A stretch of 64,000 nt of DNA from Octopus sinensis (Eukaryota), in NCBI RefSeq assembly GCF_006345805.1, contig NC_043003.1, positions 85,560,001 through 85,624,000 on the forward strand, given 5' to 3'. Each line of letters begins with the position of its first letter. Within the stretch, counting starts at the first letter, position 1. Under the pieces are notes generated by a model. The model saw nothing but the letters and a program-made list of their open reading frames with translations, made no database searches and was not told where the DNA came from. The position numbers were made by a program, and so were the translations under genes. Below, one piece after another: positions 10,481 to 24,356 of the stretch.

Positions 10481-11759
10481 ATTTTTTAATTTTTTAAACT
10501 TCTTAACGTTTGTTATTGAGAAAGAAAAAAAAAAACATAGACATCAAAACCATTTTGCCCTTAAGAACATCTTTTCATAGTATCGGTATATAATTGTTTA
10601 ACTAGTACATACATTATTAAGATTATAATTTTCTGGAGTATTATTAACCACATCTTTAGAGTCAATATTTTATCGATACATTTAGATATTAATATTGTAA
10701 ATATACATTTTGTTAACTGCACATTTCTGACAGTAAGACTTATACGTAATTGTTTAATACTAATATTAATAATGTTTATGTTATTGCTTAAATGCATGTT
10801 TATATGACTGTTTAATAAATCCATATTTTCATAACTTCCCTCATTCAACTTTCATAGTGCTTTATTAATTAAGAAAAACATAGATGTCACCGCATCCTTC
10901 TCTTCAGTTTGGTTATTACTGAACACAATAGACATTACTATCATTACCCCTAATTCCATCAAAACGTCTCTTTTTATTTTTCAGCGTTTCATTATTTTGC
11001 TTTAACCCCCAGAACATCCCTAGCTAAACAAGCTCTATGATCTAAGTTATTCTAGTTATGACATCTCTTTTTGTACATTTGGAACAATTTTTCCCAATGT
11101 CTTTAATTTTTTAAGGCGGAAGGATGTGGCTTAGCGGAATTTTGTCACTATTTCTTGGAGGTCGAATGACTGTACAAAGGCTGCCTCTTTGGCTTAGTGT
11201 CCCCTGTTGTTTTTTAGCTCCAAGTCAGCCCTCATTGGGCAAACTTTTGATCAAGGACGTTTAAACCGTGGCCATGCTGTCTTTTCCCCAGTCCCAGTGA
11301 ACCTAGGAACTCATTAATCAATGAATTCTTTTCTAAGACAGGTGTGTTATAACGGAGATTTGGTTGCTGTTCTTAGCGGGTCAATGTGACTGAATGGAGA
11401 CTCCTTGGTTGGCTCAACTTCCCATTTTTCTCTTTGTTGCTATGAAAAATATTAGATTTTGCCCCTACAAAAGATATTTATCAGTTTTGATTTTCTTAAG
11501 GAGGTACAAGCCCATAGATTTATAGAGGATACGAATAATATTGTGATGCCTTCCTCAAAGACATTGCCATTAAAAATCCGTCCTAATTTAGGCACAAGGC
11601 CTGAAATTTTATGGGGAAGAGTTTAGTCGATTACATCGATCCCAGCTCTCAATTGGTACCTTATTTTATCGACCCTGAAAGGACGAAAGGCAAAGTTAAT
11701 GTGAAATATTTTCAAGAAGCAAAATCGAATCAAAGACCTTTCACTACACTGTCTTCTAT

Positions 11760-14505
11760 AATTATTGATTTTTAACTTTGATTCAAGAATCTGTAGAGAA
11801 TGGTTAAGTTCTGCTATAATCCTGTTGACATCTGTGATGTCTGGATAAACTCCTGAATTTTTTGTTATTTTGCTGGGGTTAGAGAAAGGGGCTGTGCCCG
11901 TGGCCAAGAAAGATATAAACAAGGAAAGGATTCCAGAAAGCTGACATTCTGGAAAGAAAAGATGAGGCATAATGATTAGTGTGGGACTTGCAAAGTTGCA
12001 CACAGAAAGGGTGATGAAAGTAGGGAGAGGTAGCATAAGCTCTACGAGCTCCATGGAGCAAAATCCATTATAGTAATGATAAGAGAGGAGTCAGCACATC
12101 TGTGGGCTACAAGCTGGAGTTTGTATATAAGTGACTTTATGCTGATCAGTTGGATAACCTTTTTCAAGATGTTGTCTAGGGTGTTTATATGTGCAGTAGC
12201 ACTGTCTCATATGTGGGTCTCATCTGAGCTTAGCAGATTGTTAATAATTGTACGGGATTGAAGAGAAGGGCCAAAAGAAATCTTTGGTGACAGTGGGACC
12301 ACAAATTGGAGTGATTTTGCAGACATTCATAATGAAAGGGATGTGATGATGTTTTCTTGATGTGAATAGTGATTTGTGTTTTCTAGCTGTTGAAAGAGAA
12401 TGGTATATAGTCAATGACGGATGCTTTTTGAAGTTTCTGGTGATGGAATCAATGTGGATTTGTTATGTAAGGTCTAGGTTGGGAGTGAATGATGCATGTT
12501 AGGAAAGAATGAAAGGTGGGTTCATCTGTAAGAGCATGTTGTGTTGGATGTGTTGGAAAATGAGTCAAGGAAGAAAGTAGGGGACAAATTTGGATTCTGG
12601 GGCTTGCCAAAATTCATAGAATGAGGGACTTCCCATTAATGTAACAAATTATTTTCCAATACATAAAGAAGCCTTCTTTGTTACACCTTTGTCAACACAC
12701 ACTACAATAGTGACCTGATAGAAAGCTACTAATCCACAAAATTGGAAGACTGGTGGAGCCTACTGGCAGGCAATTTTGAAAGGAGATTCATGCACCAGAC
12801 AGTAAAAAAAAGCTTGCAAATATCAGATGACAATATTATTTTCACCAAATTTCTCCAAAGCAAGAGCCTACGGGTGAGTGATAGAGGAGAGTAGTTCACA
12901 AATGGAGTTGGCTTTACAGAAGCCATGCTGGTGGTCAATAAGGAGAGAAAGAGAGCAAAGTTGGAGGATGTCATTGTTAACAATTGGTTCCCTTACCTTA
13001 GAGTTATTAGAAGTGTGATAAAGTGATTGTTAGCTGAGTTAGAGTAGTTGCCTTTCTGGAGAATGTTTCCTCTGTAGAGGAGGAGAGATTGAAAAGTTTG
13101 CTGAGTATAGAAATTAGCTCTGGGGGTTCAGTGTTTGTGTGAAAAGTTTGGACACTGTCAGGGTTGGCAGCCTTGTTGGTTTGAAGTGACCAAAGGTACT
13201 TTGGCTTTTGGCATGTGTGTGTACAAGGGAGTGGACATAAAAGGGTGAAAGAGGATAAAATTGGAGAAGATTTGCCAGGAGCATGCAATGTGGAGATGAC
13301 TGCAAAACAGGCAGTGAAAGGGGAGACTTTCTTTGCAGGAGTATTGCTCTCATAGAACCATCATTGTTGTGAAATGGAGAGAAAGAGGATTCTGCAAAGT
13401 TGGTGGAAATCCTTTTGGCAAGGAACCAAAAGAATCTGCTGCAGTTTAGAAGGCAGGATAGCTTGAGGGTTGTACTATACATAATCATCTTACACAGTTT
13501 GGATAGTTGCCTTTCAGTTGTGTTGCTGGGTAAGGGTACATACCATTCGGGGTGGGGAGATAAATTTTGCCGGAAATTGTTGGCTTTGCTTTTTGCCTGA
13601 ACAACTGTACAATTATGAGTGAATCACTTAGGGTATCAGATTTTTGTTGCATGTAGGATGTGAAAGGACTTGTCTAAAAAGATAATTTTATTCACCTACC
13701 AAACTGATGGCTCAAGTGTGAAGCACATGCTGCCAGGAGTAGTCAGCTTGGATTGCAGCTGTCAAGGGTAATTGGTATGAAACTGGCAGAGCTCCAACTT
13801 GTCATTGGGTATGATGTGTAGAGAGTGTTATGTGGTATATAAACATGTTTGTTGGGTAACTGCAATGAAGCAGTGGTTGGATGATTCAGTAAGTGTGGAG
13901 ACAGTCATAGCTCAAGTCAGACTAGGTTGAGGGTGAGAATGGGATCAAAGGTATTTGAAGTGTCTGAGTGTTGATGTAGGATGTGTGAAGTGGTAAACTA
14001 ATGAAGAGGGTTGAGAATTGCCAAAGATTCTGTTTCTGCACAGATGATATCAATGTGGCTTGAGTGAAAGAGTCACCAGGTGATGTGAATTTTGAAGTTG
14101 CCAAAAATAACAAGTTTAGAGAGGAGTGAAGTATAATATATATCCTCAATGCAGAAGGAGATATGGTTGAAGGAATTAAGAGAGCAATGTATTTGGAGTT
14201 TAAGGGAAGGGGTACTTTGATCCAGATTAAATGAAAGTCAATATTGCTGATCATCAGGGGAAAGAAGTGAGTAACAGGCTAAGTGATGTCTAAATATGTG
14301 CAGACACTACTTTTCATGAGGAATTTGGAGTAGAGAGTGTAGCCTGGACAAATGAGATGGGTTGGAGATAGGGATTGAGAGGTTTGTGTCTCAGGGAGAA
14401 ATAAGATGTGTGATCTGTGTAGCAGAATAACACTGGTGCTTATTTTATCCCTCATAAACTTCAAATTAAATACTGGTACTCTTGGTTTCCATATCTCTAC
14501 CATCC
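11760..14505 (-). pseudogene. Degenerate CR1/L2-group LINE ORF2 (APE endonuclease + RT)
   Basis: Frame-broken segments: HILFLPETQ..PGYTLY..SVCTYL (APE start), GD-like motif, NYSPLSL (RT domain 1), C-terminal RRQCS..FF..; many stops and CpG decay. Confidence 0.75.
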
Positions 14506-15154
14506 TATAAATAATTATTTTTTATGCAGCAATGGGCATAGACATGGTTTTGTCCTTAAGAATTTTGCTTCACAAATACATGGTTTGTGGTTCAATTCCA
14601 TTATGTAGCACTTTGGGCAAGCATCTTTTACCATTGTCTTGGGTTGGTCAATGCCTTGTGAATGAAATTTGACTGCCGAAAAATCTATGTAGATGCCTAT
14701 ATGGGTTCTCTTTTTCTTTTGACCTGTAGACTTAATCCACACCTCTTTAACACTACAACCTGACTCTTTGGTACCTTTAGCACTCTGTTGCAAGTATTTT
14801 GGTCAAATTTGAGGATAACTTCCTCAAACCAGTTGTGGAGGCACTGCCAAGTATAATGGACATTTCATTTCATCCTCAACTAAGCCATACAGAAAATGAC
14901 TAAATTGGTAAAATAATTGACTAAAAATGTGTAATTTTGTCTATTTATGTCAGTGTTTAAATCTTGGTGGTGTAGGCTTAGTCTATCAATAACCCCAGTA
15001 CAATAAGCTCCAGATATACATACATTTAAATTCATTTGACTACTGTTCCCTAAAATCAGAGCTTTATAAATGGAGTACACTAGGGTATCATAGCATAAAA
15101 AAATTATAAATTTAAATAACTCGTTTAAAAAGTCAATAAATGTGTTGCTTACCA

Positions 15155-15390
15155 TAACCTTCTTGTTACCATATTTCTGTTGAAATACTCTGCCTTTGTT
15201 TCAATTACTTTTGAAAACAATGAAAAATTTTAGTGAAATAACTAAATTTTGAAAATTATTAATCTGGTGTTTGAAGCATAAATTAAAATAGAATTTTGAT
15301 GAAAAGTTTTAATTTAGATTACTTTAAAACAAGAAATTTGCCCGATAAAACCAGGGGTTGTCTCAGGCAGGTTGGTATCAAAAGGGTTTT
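15155..15390 (+). mobile_element. piggyBac-like MITE
   Basis: Termini (t)aacctt..gttacca and tggtatcaaaagggtt are degenerate inverted repeats of TTAACCC type. Confidence 0.6.
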
Positions 15391-15438
15391 GAGGAGATAG
15401 TGACAAGATTACAAAAACACTGGAAACTACTGTCCCAA

Positions 15439-15689
15439 AGGGGGTACATGCCAGGAGCATGCAATGTGGAGATGACTGCAAAACAGAGTGTCTAGCTTTA
15501 AGAGCATCGCAAAAGGCTTGGTTAAAGGCCCAACCTTCTGAGTTGTTTTACATGGCTTAGACAAACTGAAGGATCACTGCAACAAGTGTGTGAATCTGAG
15601 AGGGGAATATGCTGAATAAAATCATAATTAATTGATCTCCCCTGTATTTTCTTTTACCCAAAATCAGGAACTTTTCAGCACCACCTCCT
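15439..15689 (+). mobile_element. mariner-derived MITE with disrupted left TIR
   Basis: Homologous to 45331-45537; right TIR caggaacttttcagcacc; encodes a transposase C-terminal remnant (GLDKLKDHCNKCVNLRGEYAE*). Confidence 0.75.
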
Positions 15690-16789
15690 ATGTTATCAAT
15701 ATTGATTTCTTAGGCAGTGGTTATCTTGTTTAATTTATGACACAAGGTCCTATGTTAGTTCTCAAGAACTGGCATTATGTATCATTGAGTTGTGTAGTGT
15801 TTTGGTTTGTCATGGAGCACCACTTTCTTCTGACTTCAAGTTTACATAAGAAAACTTCTTTTGATATTGTCCTCACTTCTTTTGTTGAAACATATCATGA
15901 TCCAGCTACAGTTTTTTTTTTTTTGAAGGCTAAGTTTGAAGTTTCATATGATTTACTTTTGTAACTTTGAAGGTCTGTCCAAAAGGAAACTGAACTTTTT
16001 AAAAAACAGATTTATTTTACTTAAAAATTTTATCCGACATGTCTTTTTCAAAAATGGTTTCTTCCTTTCACACTACACTGCTCCCAACATTTTTTATTTA
16101 TTTGTATATTTTCTAGTTTTGGAACATTTTCAGAGGTTGCATGTAGTTCTCATAACAAATATTATTTGATTGTTATTACCTCAGATTGGCAACCTTTTAG
16201 GAACAGAAAGACATTTTCAAAGGGACCTAATCTAGAGAGATGAGTGAATAAGAGAAGACAGTCCTCCTGTGCCTTGCCAAAAACTCATTGATGAGGAATG
16301 ACACAAGAGCAGGTGTATTGCCTTGGTACAGCATCACAGCAATTTTGCACTGTGATCATTGCCTGCTGCCATGGATAGTTGTCTAGATTTGAGATTGTCT
16401 TCAGTAGATGTTCTTCCTGTACATAATGTCACTGGTGCCACTTGTGACATTATGTACAGCTTAAATGGTCCTCCTTATAGGCCTGCTGCAAAAGTCTAAG
16501 AGTTTTTCCAAATTTGAAACAGAATTTCATACAAACATATTTTGCTTTGCTCTTCCAAATTCTTCATTCTTCAACTTCAAACAAATTAACCATGTGCACT
16601 GAACATGCATTCTCTCTAGCACCAGTAGATCAATGACAACCTGATATGACTGGAACTGTTATTAGACAGAATGTCAAAGTTACCTTGGTTAGGTCCACAT
16701 TACTCCATAAAGAGCATAGGACCAGTTTTTCTGGTATATATTCCTCCCTGGATGGAATGCCAGTCTATCACATGATTACTCATTTTTAC

Positions 16790-16925
16790 CAGCTGAGTGG
16801 ACTGGAGCTACGTGAAATAAAAGTGTTTTACTCAAGAACACAATGCATCACCCAATCCAGGAATTAAAACCATAGTCTTCTGATCATGAGTCCAACACCC
16901 TAACCACTAAGCCATGTGCCTCCAC
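16790..16925 (-). mobile_element. tRNA-derived SINE, CpG-decayed
   Basis: Same family as 7840-7978. Confidence 0.7.
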
Positions 16926-17624
16926 TAAAGTCACCATATATAGTGTATACTCTATCATAACACCTTGTTGGTACACTGTTTTAAAGGTACAGTTTCTTTA
17001 TGGACAGACCTCATATTTAATGATTCTTTTTCATGGGTCCATAGCTTAAATTTTATGGAAAATGAAATGAACTAAGTGTAATAACTCAAGCGAGCCATGA
17101 AATTAAATAAGTTTAAGGGTGATGTACCGAATGATGTATGCAAAAATCTTCATAGTTCCTGTGTACCTAGGGTCAAAAGGCCACCCTATAATTAGCAATG
17201 TTTGGTTTTGGAAAAATGTGTTCGACCATTTATGATCATATAATCAAAGATTTATTTTGTAAAGGTATCTAATTTAGAGCAAAATAGTTTTACATTAAAC
17301 AAAATTTAGTACATCACTAAGGCATACTCACTACAGACCATAATGCATGTCTATATTTCAACTACATATGTAAGTAGTTTCAAAAGTACTGCCAAGTCTT
17401 GATTACCTGGGCACCATACTGATCTCCATTATTGCAGAGATGCAGTGTAGTTCATCCATGACCCCTTTTATAGTCAAAGAAATGATGTGTGTGAGGGAGT
17501 AAAAGTCAGTAAAAAGAGAGAGCTTATCTCTAAGACTAATCTTTAATATGAAATATATTTCTTGATAATGTCATAAATAGCATGTTTAGTTTACTTTCTG
17601 GTAAATGTAGGGTATGTTAACACA

Positions 17625-19087
17625 TCAATCACTGCTGCCATCTACGTCAGTGTCACTATGTCTAGCTGTTTCTGCCTTATCACTATTTTCATAGAGAAGT
17701 TCATCTTTAATCTCATTTATTGCATTTCGTATTTTGCATTCTTTTATGTCTACTTTGACTGTTGCCCATGATGACTTCACCAACAGACATACTTCTGCAG
17801 TTGTAGGTTGCTTCAGCCATCTTTTTGGGTTTACCAGATATTCCCAGCAACCATCCACAGGTTCCACTCTTGTGTAAAACATCTCAATAGCTTGTTGACT
17901 GAAATGTCTAATGGTTGTAACTACAATATTAAACTGCAGGAGATATTGACATTTTAGTTTATAATTGCTTAAGGGTATTTTTCTTCCTTTGTTGCTTCTC
18001 TTTTGTGGGGTTTGGAATTGATCCCACACTGATAATATTGGTTTCTTCAACAAAACCTTCCTAACACTATGGCCATATTTCTCCAACCAGAGTTTCACAT
18101 CACCTTCATCCATCCACCATTTGTGATGGACATGAACAAAATGCCAGTTGTAACAATTTCCTTGGACATTTAAGAGGTTTGTAATGTCTGCATATTGTAG
18201 TGTTTCTCAGGTTTAGTTATTTTTATAATCACTCTTTTGCATTATTATTTTTGGCAGTTTTTTTTGACACTACATTGAATATCAGCAGTATTTGATATTG
18301 CTTATTTGCCCCAGTTGGTAATTTACTACGTTCCTTGTATTGGTCATTCATTTTGTTAAACATTAAGATTTTCTTCCTCATACTCCTCAAGCATTTTTCT
18401 TTTGTACTTTAGTCTACCTCTTCATGAAATGGTAGCAACAAGATAAAGATCCAGCAATCTCCGGCTGGTTATATTTCTATATTCTGCCAATTTTCTTAAC
18501 CTGCTTATTACCACCTTTGTTGAGACTATGCACCCCTTAAATTATTAATTATGTATCCATAATTTTATGGCTTCCTCCAGTTATAGGAATTTTGTTTCTT
18601 TTTGACAGATTCCATGTTGTTTTTTTTTCATACTTGTTTTTAATATCTCTCCCCGTTTTCTTCTTTCACAAATCATATTTTCAGTTGGTGGTTGTCCCTT
18701 CAGTTGCTCAGTTCCCCTGGTTGCCCTGTTGTTTGGCATATTCATCAACCTGTAGCTTGTAACTAATTGTATATGTGTCTTTTCTGCTTAGTTGTCATTG
18801 TGTATTGTTGTAGAGAAGTCCTTTGTCTGGGACCCTGAACTCTTGATGGAATCATAAGGGCACCATCTTGACCTACTTCATGTCTTGGGTATCAAAACCT
18901 AAACATACTCCATTTTCTTGCATACAATTCTACATAGTATATAGTATAAACATGTGGTGTAAATATTCAAACATTGTAACTATCTTTCCAATTTCTGTAT
19001 TTCACATGGGATTTTTTTGCCCTCTAAAACCATCTTTGGCTGTAAATTTTGGTTTGGAAAATTCAGCTTGTGTGCCACAGAATACAG
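17625..19087 (-). mobile_element. Degenerate pogo/Tigger-type (POGK-like) transposon
   Basis: Frameshifted motifs in order: YKLQVDEYAKQQGN (Brinker-type DBD), LEEAIKLWIH..GCIVSTKV (CENP-B HTH), IAGSLSCCYHFMKR, WMDEGDVKLWLEK, LSVWDQF (DDE_1). 5' TIR-like sequence at 19063-19087; other end not found. Confidence 0.85.
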
Positions 19088-19404
19088 CATCTCTTCAGGT
19101 CTGACCACAGCTGATTTCTTCTAAAGAGAAAAAGAGAGAGTTGAAAAGAGAAAGAAAGCTCTATCTTAGGATTGTACTGGTATTTTATTTATCAACTCTG
19201 GAAAGATGACAAACAAAGTTGACCTTAGTGAAATTTGCTCCCAAACTGCAGAGAGCCAGAGCAATATTGCAAGTCAGTTTAATTGACATTATAACAACTC
19301 TGCCAATTAGTTTGTATGTGTGGTGGTGGTAGTGGTGGGGTATCCTTTAGTGGTATGTCAACTTGTCAACATATAATATATGAGATATTATTTATCAATT
19401 ACTT

Positions 19405-19605
19405 AGGGTGGCCAACTGGCAGAATCATTAAGACCCCCGGCAAAATGCTTAGCGGCATTTAGTCTGTCTGTGCATTATGAGGTCAACTTTGCCTTTCAGC
19501 CTTACTGGGTCAATAAAATAAGTACCAGTTGAATATTAGGGTCGATGTATTTGGCTCATTCCTTCCCTTGAAATTACTGGCCTTGTGCCAAAATTTGAAA
19601 CCATT
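19405..19605 (+). mobile_element. tRNA-derived SINE (aaggcggcgag family), degenerate
   Basis: ggcagaatc..aaatgcttagcgg..ctttgcctttca..ggccttgtgccaaaatttgaaacc. Confidence 0.75.
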
Positions 19606-21149
19606 ATTTATTGATTACCATTTACCAAACAAAACAAATGGTGTTCCAATACAAGTTCATATGAAATTAGTGGTAAATCTATTTGAACTTCTTACTAGTT
19701 GCCATCAATATAATTCAAAACTAATTTGCCCTGAGTATAACTTTAAACTGTATCCAGTTGTGGAGTCCTGTTTCAGAAGTTCCAGAGTTTTGAGAAGTAT
19801 GGAACCACCTTTTGGCCACTATTGTTTCTAGGTCTACTCTGACTCAAAGTAGTAGCACCCATCAATGTCTCAGCTTTGTGTTAACTAGCTTATTAGTGCT
19901 TACCTACCTATGCATGTGAAGACTGGATCTGACAGACTCTGCAGAAGAAACCTTCATGATTAAACAAAGAGATAAGTAGCTGCAGCAACATATTGTGAAG
20001 CATAGAGAGCGAGATGAGGCAAGACATCTCAGTCATCCACTGCATCCCTCTTCATCCCCTGTCATCCTGACATGGTCTTCCCACTGGATTGAAGATGGTT
20101 GCAGATGAAACAATGAGGTTGACAGTGCACAACTTTTCTTCGCCTGAAACAAAGTCACTGTGCAAGTTATCAGTCATCCCCAAGGATGACTAGATGGCGC
20201 TTGTACAAAGCTAATAAATTTGATAATCATAGTACTTCAATATCTTTATTCGCATGTTAATGTAGCCGTAGTTGATTTATATTACAAGTCTCGGGTTCTA
20301 GTGAGAACCTATACTCTTATAAATAAAATGCAGTTATTTGAGGTAGGGGGTTCTTACATAGAAAAGCATGTCTTATGAGCCAGAGAATACAATCATTGAA
20401 ATTTACTTCATTGTTGGAGAATGAAAAGCAAACATTTAGCAGAAGCTCTTAGAAACTCTCTAAGAAACGAGAGATAATTTAAAAAAATTTAAGAATTAAT
20501 TTCGTAAAGTTAATTTATAAACTGGTGAGTGGAGAATATCTGAACTGTTAGGATTTTATCTGCCTTCTCTCCAATTAGGCAGGAAATTTCGATTAATTAT
20601 GAACTTTTTGCATTTGTGTTAAGTACATCACCCTTTAATTTATTTATCTACATTTACAGAGTCAGAGTGATGTAAGTGCAAGGAGAGGATTATAACTGAC
20701 AATCAAACATTTGACGGCCTACCTTATATTTGGGGGAGGGAAATAATAAAAAACTTACTTTTTCATTCTACTAAGGTTGATAAAATAAGTATCAGCCAAG
20801 TATTGTGACTAGTTTACTTGCTCATGTCCCTGCCCCAAATATTTGTAGCCTTAAGAAATCATTATTTTCTGTTGTAGTAGTGTTGTTTCATATTCTTTAT
20901 CTAGGAAGAAAACCAAAAGAAATTAAGTAAGAAGAAGAAAACAAAAACAAAAATGGCATGTATTACTTATATTTTGGCACAATTATATGTAAGCACACGC
21001 ACATACACATACACATATTCTTTTGCTGATTTTCTGTCATTGTATTGTGGCCATGCTAGAGCTCTACCTTTGAGGAACCATGTTGATCCACCTGCCTCCA
21101 TTACTAATTTGAAAATCTAGTATTTGAACCAACCAAATCAAGCCCAAAC

Positions 21150-21345
21150 ATTCTGTCTGTTTTATGTTTAAACCAGCCAAATCCAGCCTTTCACACCAAT
21201 CCTGCAATGTCATTCTGAAAATAAGCACAATTACATCATTGAAATATCAAATCTCAAAGCTATGAGATAGCACATGATTAATTCAAAACAATGTGAATAA
21301 ATAAGTATTACATTTGACTGAGTAATCTGAATGCTAAAGCGTTAA
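21150..21345 (+). mobile_element. piggyBac-like MITE fragment
   Basis: Shares body and ctgaatgctaaag.gttaa end with 29079-29520. Confidence 0.65.
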
Positions 21346-21639
21346 GTTTAGTATTTATTTTATCAATCTCTGTTTACCAGAAGACTAAGTTAAGTTTTTG
21401 ACATAAAGGGATGCAATACTGGTATAAACATAAACACTGACATGGACACACACACTTCTTATATATCATTATCACTTTTCCACTTTTCCATGGAGGCATT
21501 TCCTGGACGGGGCTTTTCCAAGTAATGTTTTACAGTTAGATGTCCTTTTAGATACCTGTTATGATATGCAGGGATACAGCCAGGATACACAAACACATAA
21601 CCACACTCACACACATCTGTGTGTCTCTGTGTATGTGAA

Positions 21640-21790
21640 GGCATGTGGCCTTCTGGTTAGGGTGTTGCACTCACAATTGCATGAACGTGGTTTCGATTCC
21701 CAAACCAGGAGATGCATTGTGTTCTTGAACAAAACACTTAATTTCACATTGCCCCAGTCAACTCAGCTTTAAATGAGTAACCCTGCTTCA
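21640..21790 (+). mobile_element. tRNA-derived SINE
   Basis: ggttagggtgttgcac A-box, gtttcgattccc B-box, ttgtgttcttgaacaaaacactt core. Confidence 0.75.
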
Positions 21791-22199
21791 GATTTGTATT
21801 CTGTAATCTCAGCCAATTTATACATCATGTAAACTGGGTAACAAGTTCTATGGGTCTTAGGGCTCAAGACAGTACTTTGTCTTTGTGTGCATGTGTGTGT
21901 TCATGTATAAATGTATGTGTGTGTATACACTCAAGCTAATATTGAACAGTAAGAATGAGTGCTCAACACTGCATTGGTGAATAAATATGTTTTATTTGTT
22001 GGTTAACAAGACTATTTCTGGTTTCATGCCAGGAGAAGTTTCTCAGCAATTATCAAGGCTGCCACATGGGACATTGATACTCATCTTCACCTTGGATGAG
22101 AATACATGTAGCTTCACGTCCATTGTAGCAGATTTAATAATGACTGAGAAATCTTCTCAGCATGAAATTAATGGTAGCCTGCTAACCCACAAATAAAGT

Positions 22200-23150
22200 T
22201 TATATATATATATATATAATATAATAATATAAATAATATATATGCATATATACATACATATATGTACATACATATATATGTATATAGCTTTGCATATATG
22301 GGTACAGGACATCACAAAACGTAAATAACATGAAATACATAAATAAGTTGGGTATGTGAACAATGAGAGAAACAAATGGTAAACAAAACAAGTAACATAA
22401 AAAAACGACCCTTCATCAGTTGTTGGCTGTCCTTCTTCTCTTCATTTCGAGCATTGGCCAACAATATAAGACTTTGAAGGCAGTTGCTCCTGTGAACCTA
22501 AATAAAATTTGGGATTTGCAGAGGGTCAAAGTTGGTAACAAAAACTGGGCAGTGGAGACATACAAGGAAACTGATTGAAACTCCCCCTTTCGTTTTCTCT
22601 CTCATCCTTTCTCTAAATCTTTTCTCTCCCCTTCACTGTTTTCTGTCTGTCTCTCACTCTCCCTCTTCCTCCTCACTCATTGCTCACATGTGACCATCAT
22701 CCATCTTTCTTTTCCTTCAGTGCAGTTGTACAGACTGCATGTATTCCTATCTATTTCCCTTTCTATCTTTTCTCTTGTCAAAGAGCATTCACTACTTTAC
22801 CTCATCTGGTCTACCGACCTTCCTTGTTTGTTTTCGATCAGTTTCCTTGTATGTCTTCACTGTCCTGTTTTTGTTACCAACTTTGGCCCTCTGCAAATCC
22901 CAAATTTTATTTTAGTTTGCAGGAGCAACTGCCTTCAAAGTCTTATAATGTCATTCACTGCTCAAAATAAGGAGTAGAAGAACAGCCGACAACTGATGAA
23001 GGGTCGTTTTTTATGTTACTTGCCTTGTTTTCAATTGTTTCCCTCATTGTTCGCATACCCAATTTTATTTTCGTATTTCATGTTACGTTTTGTGATGTCC
23101 TGTAACCATATTATGCATATATATATACATATGTATGTATATATGCATAT

Positions 23151-23185
<35 letters not shown>

Positions 23186-23186
23186 A
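22200..23186. mobile_element. Foldback element: ~380-bp inverted arms, CT-rich spacer, (TA)n outer ends
   Basis: 22284-22581 is the reverse complement of ~22830-23120 (ggacatcacaaaacgtaa / ttacgttttgtgatgtcc; cgacccttcatcagttg / caactgatgaagggtcg). Confidence 0.8.
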
Positions 23187-24279
23187 TATGTTATTTATAT
23201 CATTATTTGATTGAACGCCATGCATCCATTTCCAAGTATGTTTATCTATCTATATGTGTGTGTATGTGAAATGAATTGGCTGAGTCTTTAAATTGTCAGC
23301 CTTATTGTCATTCTGGCTCTCAGCACACTGTTCAGATATTACTGAAGTTGACTTTACCTTTCATCCTTTTTGGAGAGCTTGATATATAAAGTGTGTGTAT
23401 GTGTAAGATTTTTCTTTTGTCCCATACAATCTTAATAAAATAACTAGCAGACAAAGTGTAAGGTCTCATATGTAATTAACTAAAATCTCTTGAAGTCTGT
23501 GTACTACCATGGCTGCACTCTAACTGTTACCAATCAACAAATAGGTATCAGGCCATATTGTGAGCCGGGAAAGGATTAGCTAGTTACACTGGAATCACCA
23601 CTTCCTAAATTCCAAAGATGTTTTAAGTGTCTGTAGTTATCTGTATATATTTTTTTTATTAAGCTGATGAAAGATAGGATACATCTATCCTTGAGCCAGA
23701 GGTAAGTCTATCTTAGATGGAATTCTTCAGTTCTCTTAGGTAAGATGAAGTACATAAAATAAAAAAATTTAATCTTCTATCCTAACCCCACTCACTGCCA
23801 GTAAAATGTCTATAATGAATTTGAACTGCAAACCCGTGAATTAGTTGACCCATATCATTTTCATCTTGTCATTCCCTTTGTATATACAGTAGGGTAGTAA
23901 GAATCTGTAGGGAGAGGTTAATAGCAGGTCTTCAGAGAAGAACCCACACACACACTTATGCAAGTGTTTCAGACCTTAAGTTCTTTCACGCTAAAGGGGG
24001 TCTGCCCACATCCAGGTTATTACTCCTGGATACCCTTCTGTTGCCGCTTTCTATCTGCATTGCAACTCTCCTTATGGTTTCATGTCTATCTAATATTTGC
24101 CGGGAAAGGGGTTCAGAGTTTTTTGATATTGCTCAGCATCGTTCTCCTTAGCATTCTTCTTCATTTTCTTCTGTTTACAATTTAGGGGCCACAACCAACA
24201 AAAGATGTTGGGTTCTCCATACTGATCAATCTGCTTTTACTGTTGGTCTTTGTCTTTAGTAAAATCAGCAGCTTTACTG

Positions 24280-24356
24280 TCATCATTATCATCATCATCA
24301 TCATCTTCACCAACACCACCATTTTCATCATCACCACCACCACCATCATCATCATC
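24280..24356. repeat. (CAT/CAC)n trinucleotide microsatellite
   Basis: Visible in sequence. Confidence 0.9.

Noticed and set aside
17625-18113. 162-aa ORF as a host gene or domesticated POGK-like gene
   Set aside because: It is the 3' part of a transposase with many upstream stops and frameshifts and a damaged DDE region
22993-22999. CTGATGA box in the foldback element as another hammerhead
   Set aside because: No downstream stem II plus GAAA, and no convincing stems I/III in a permuted arrangement
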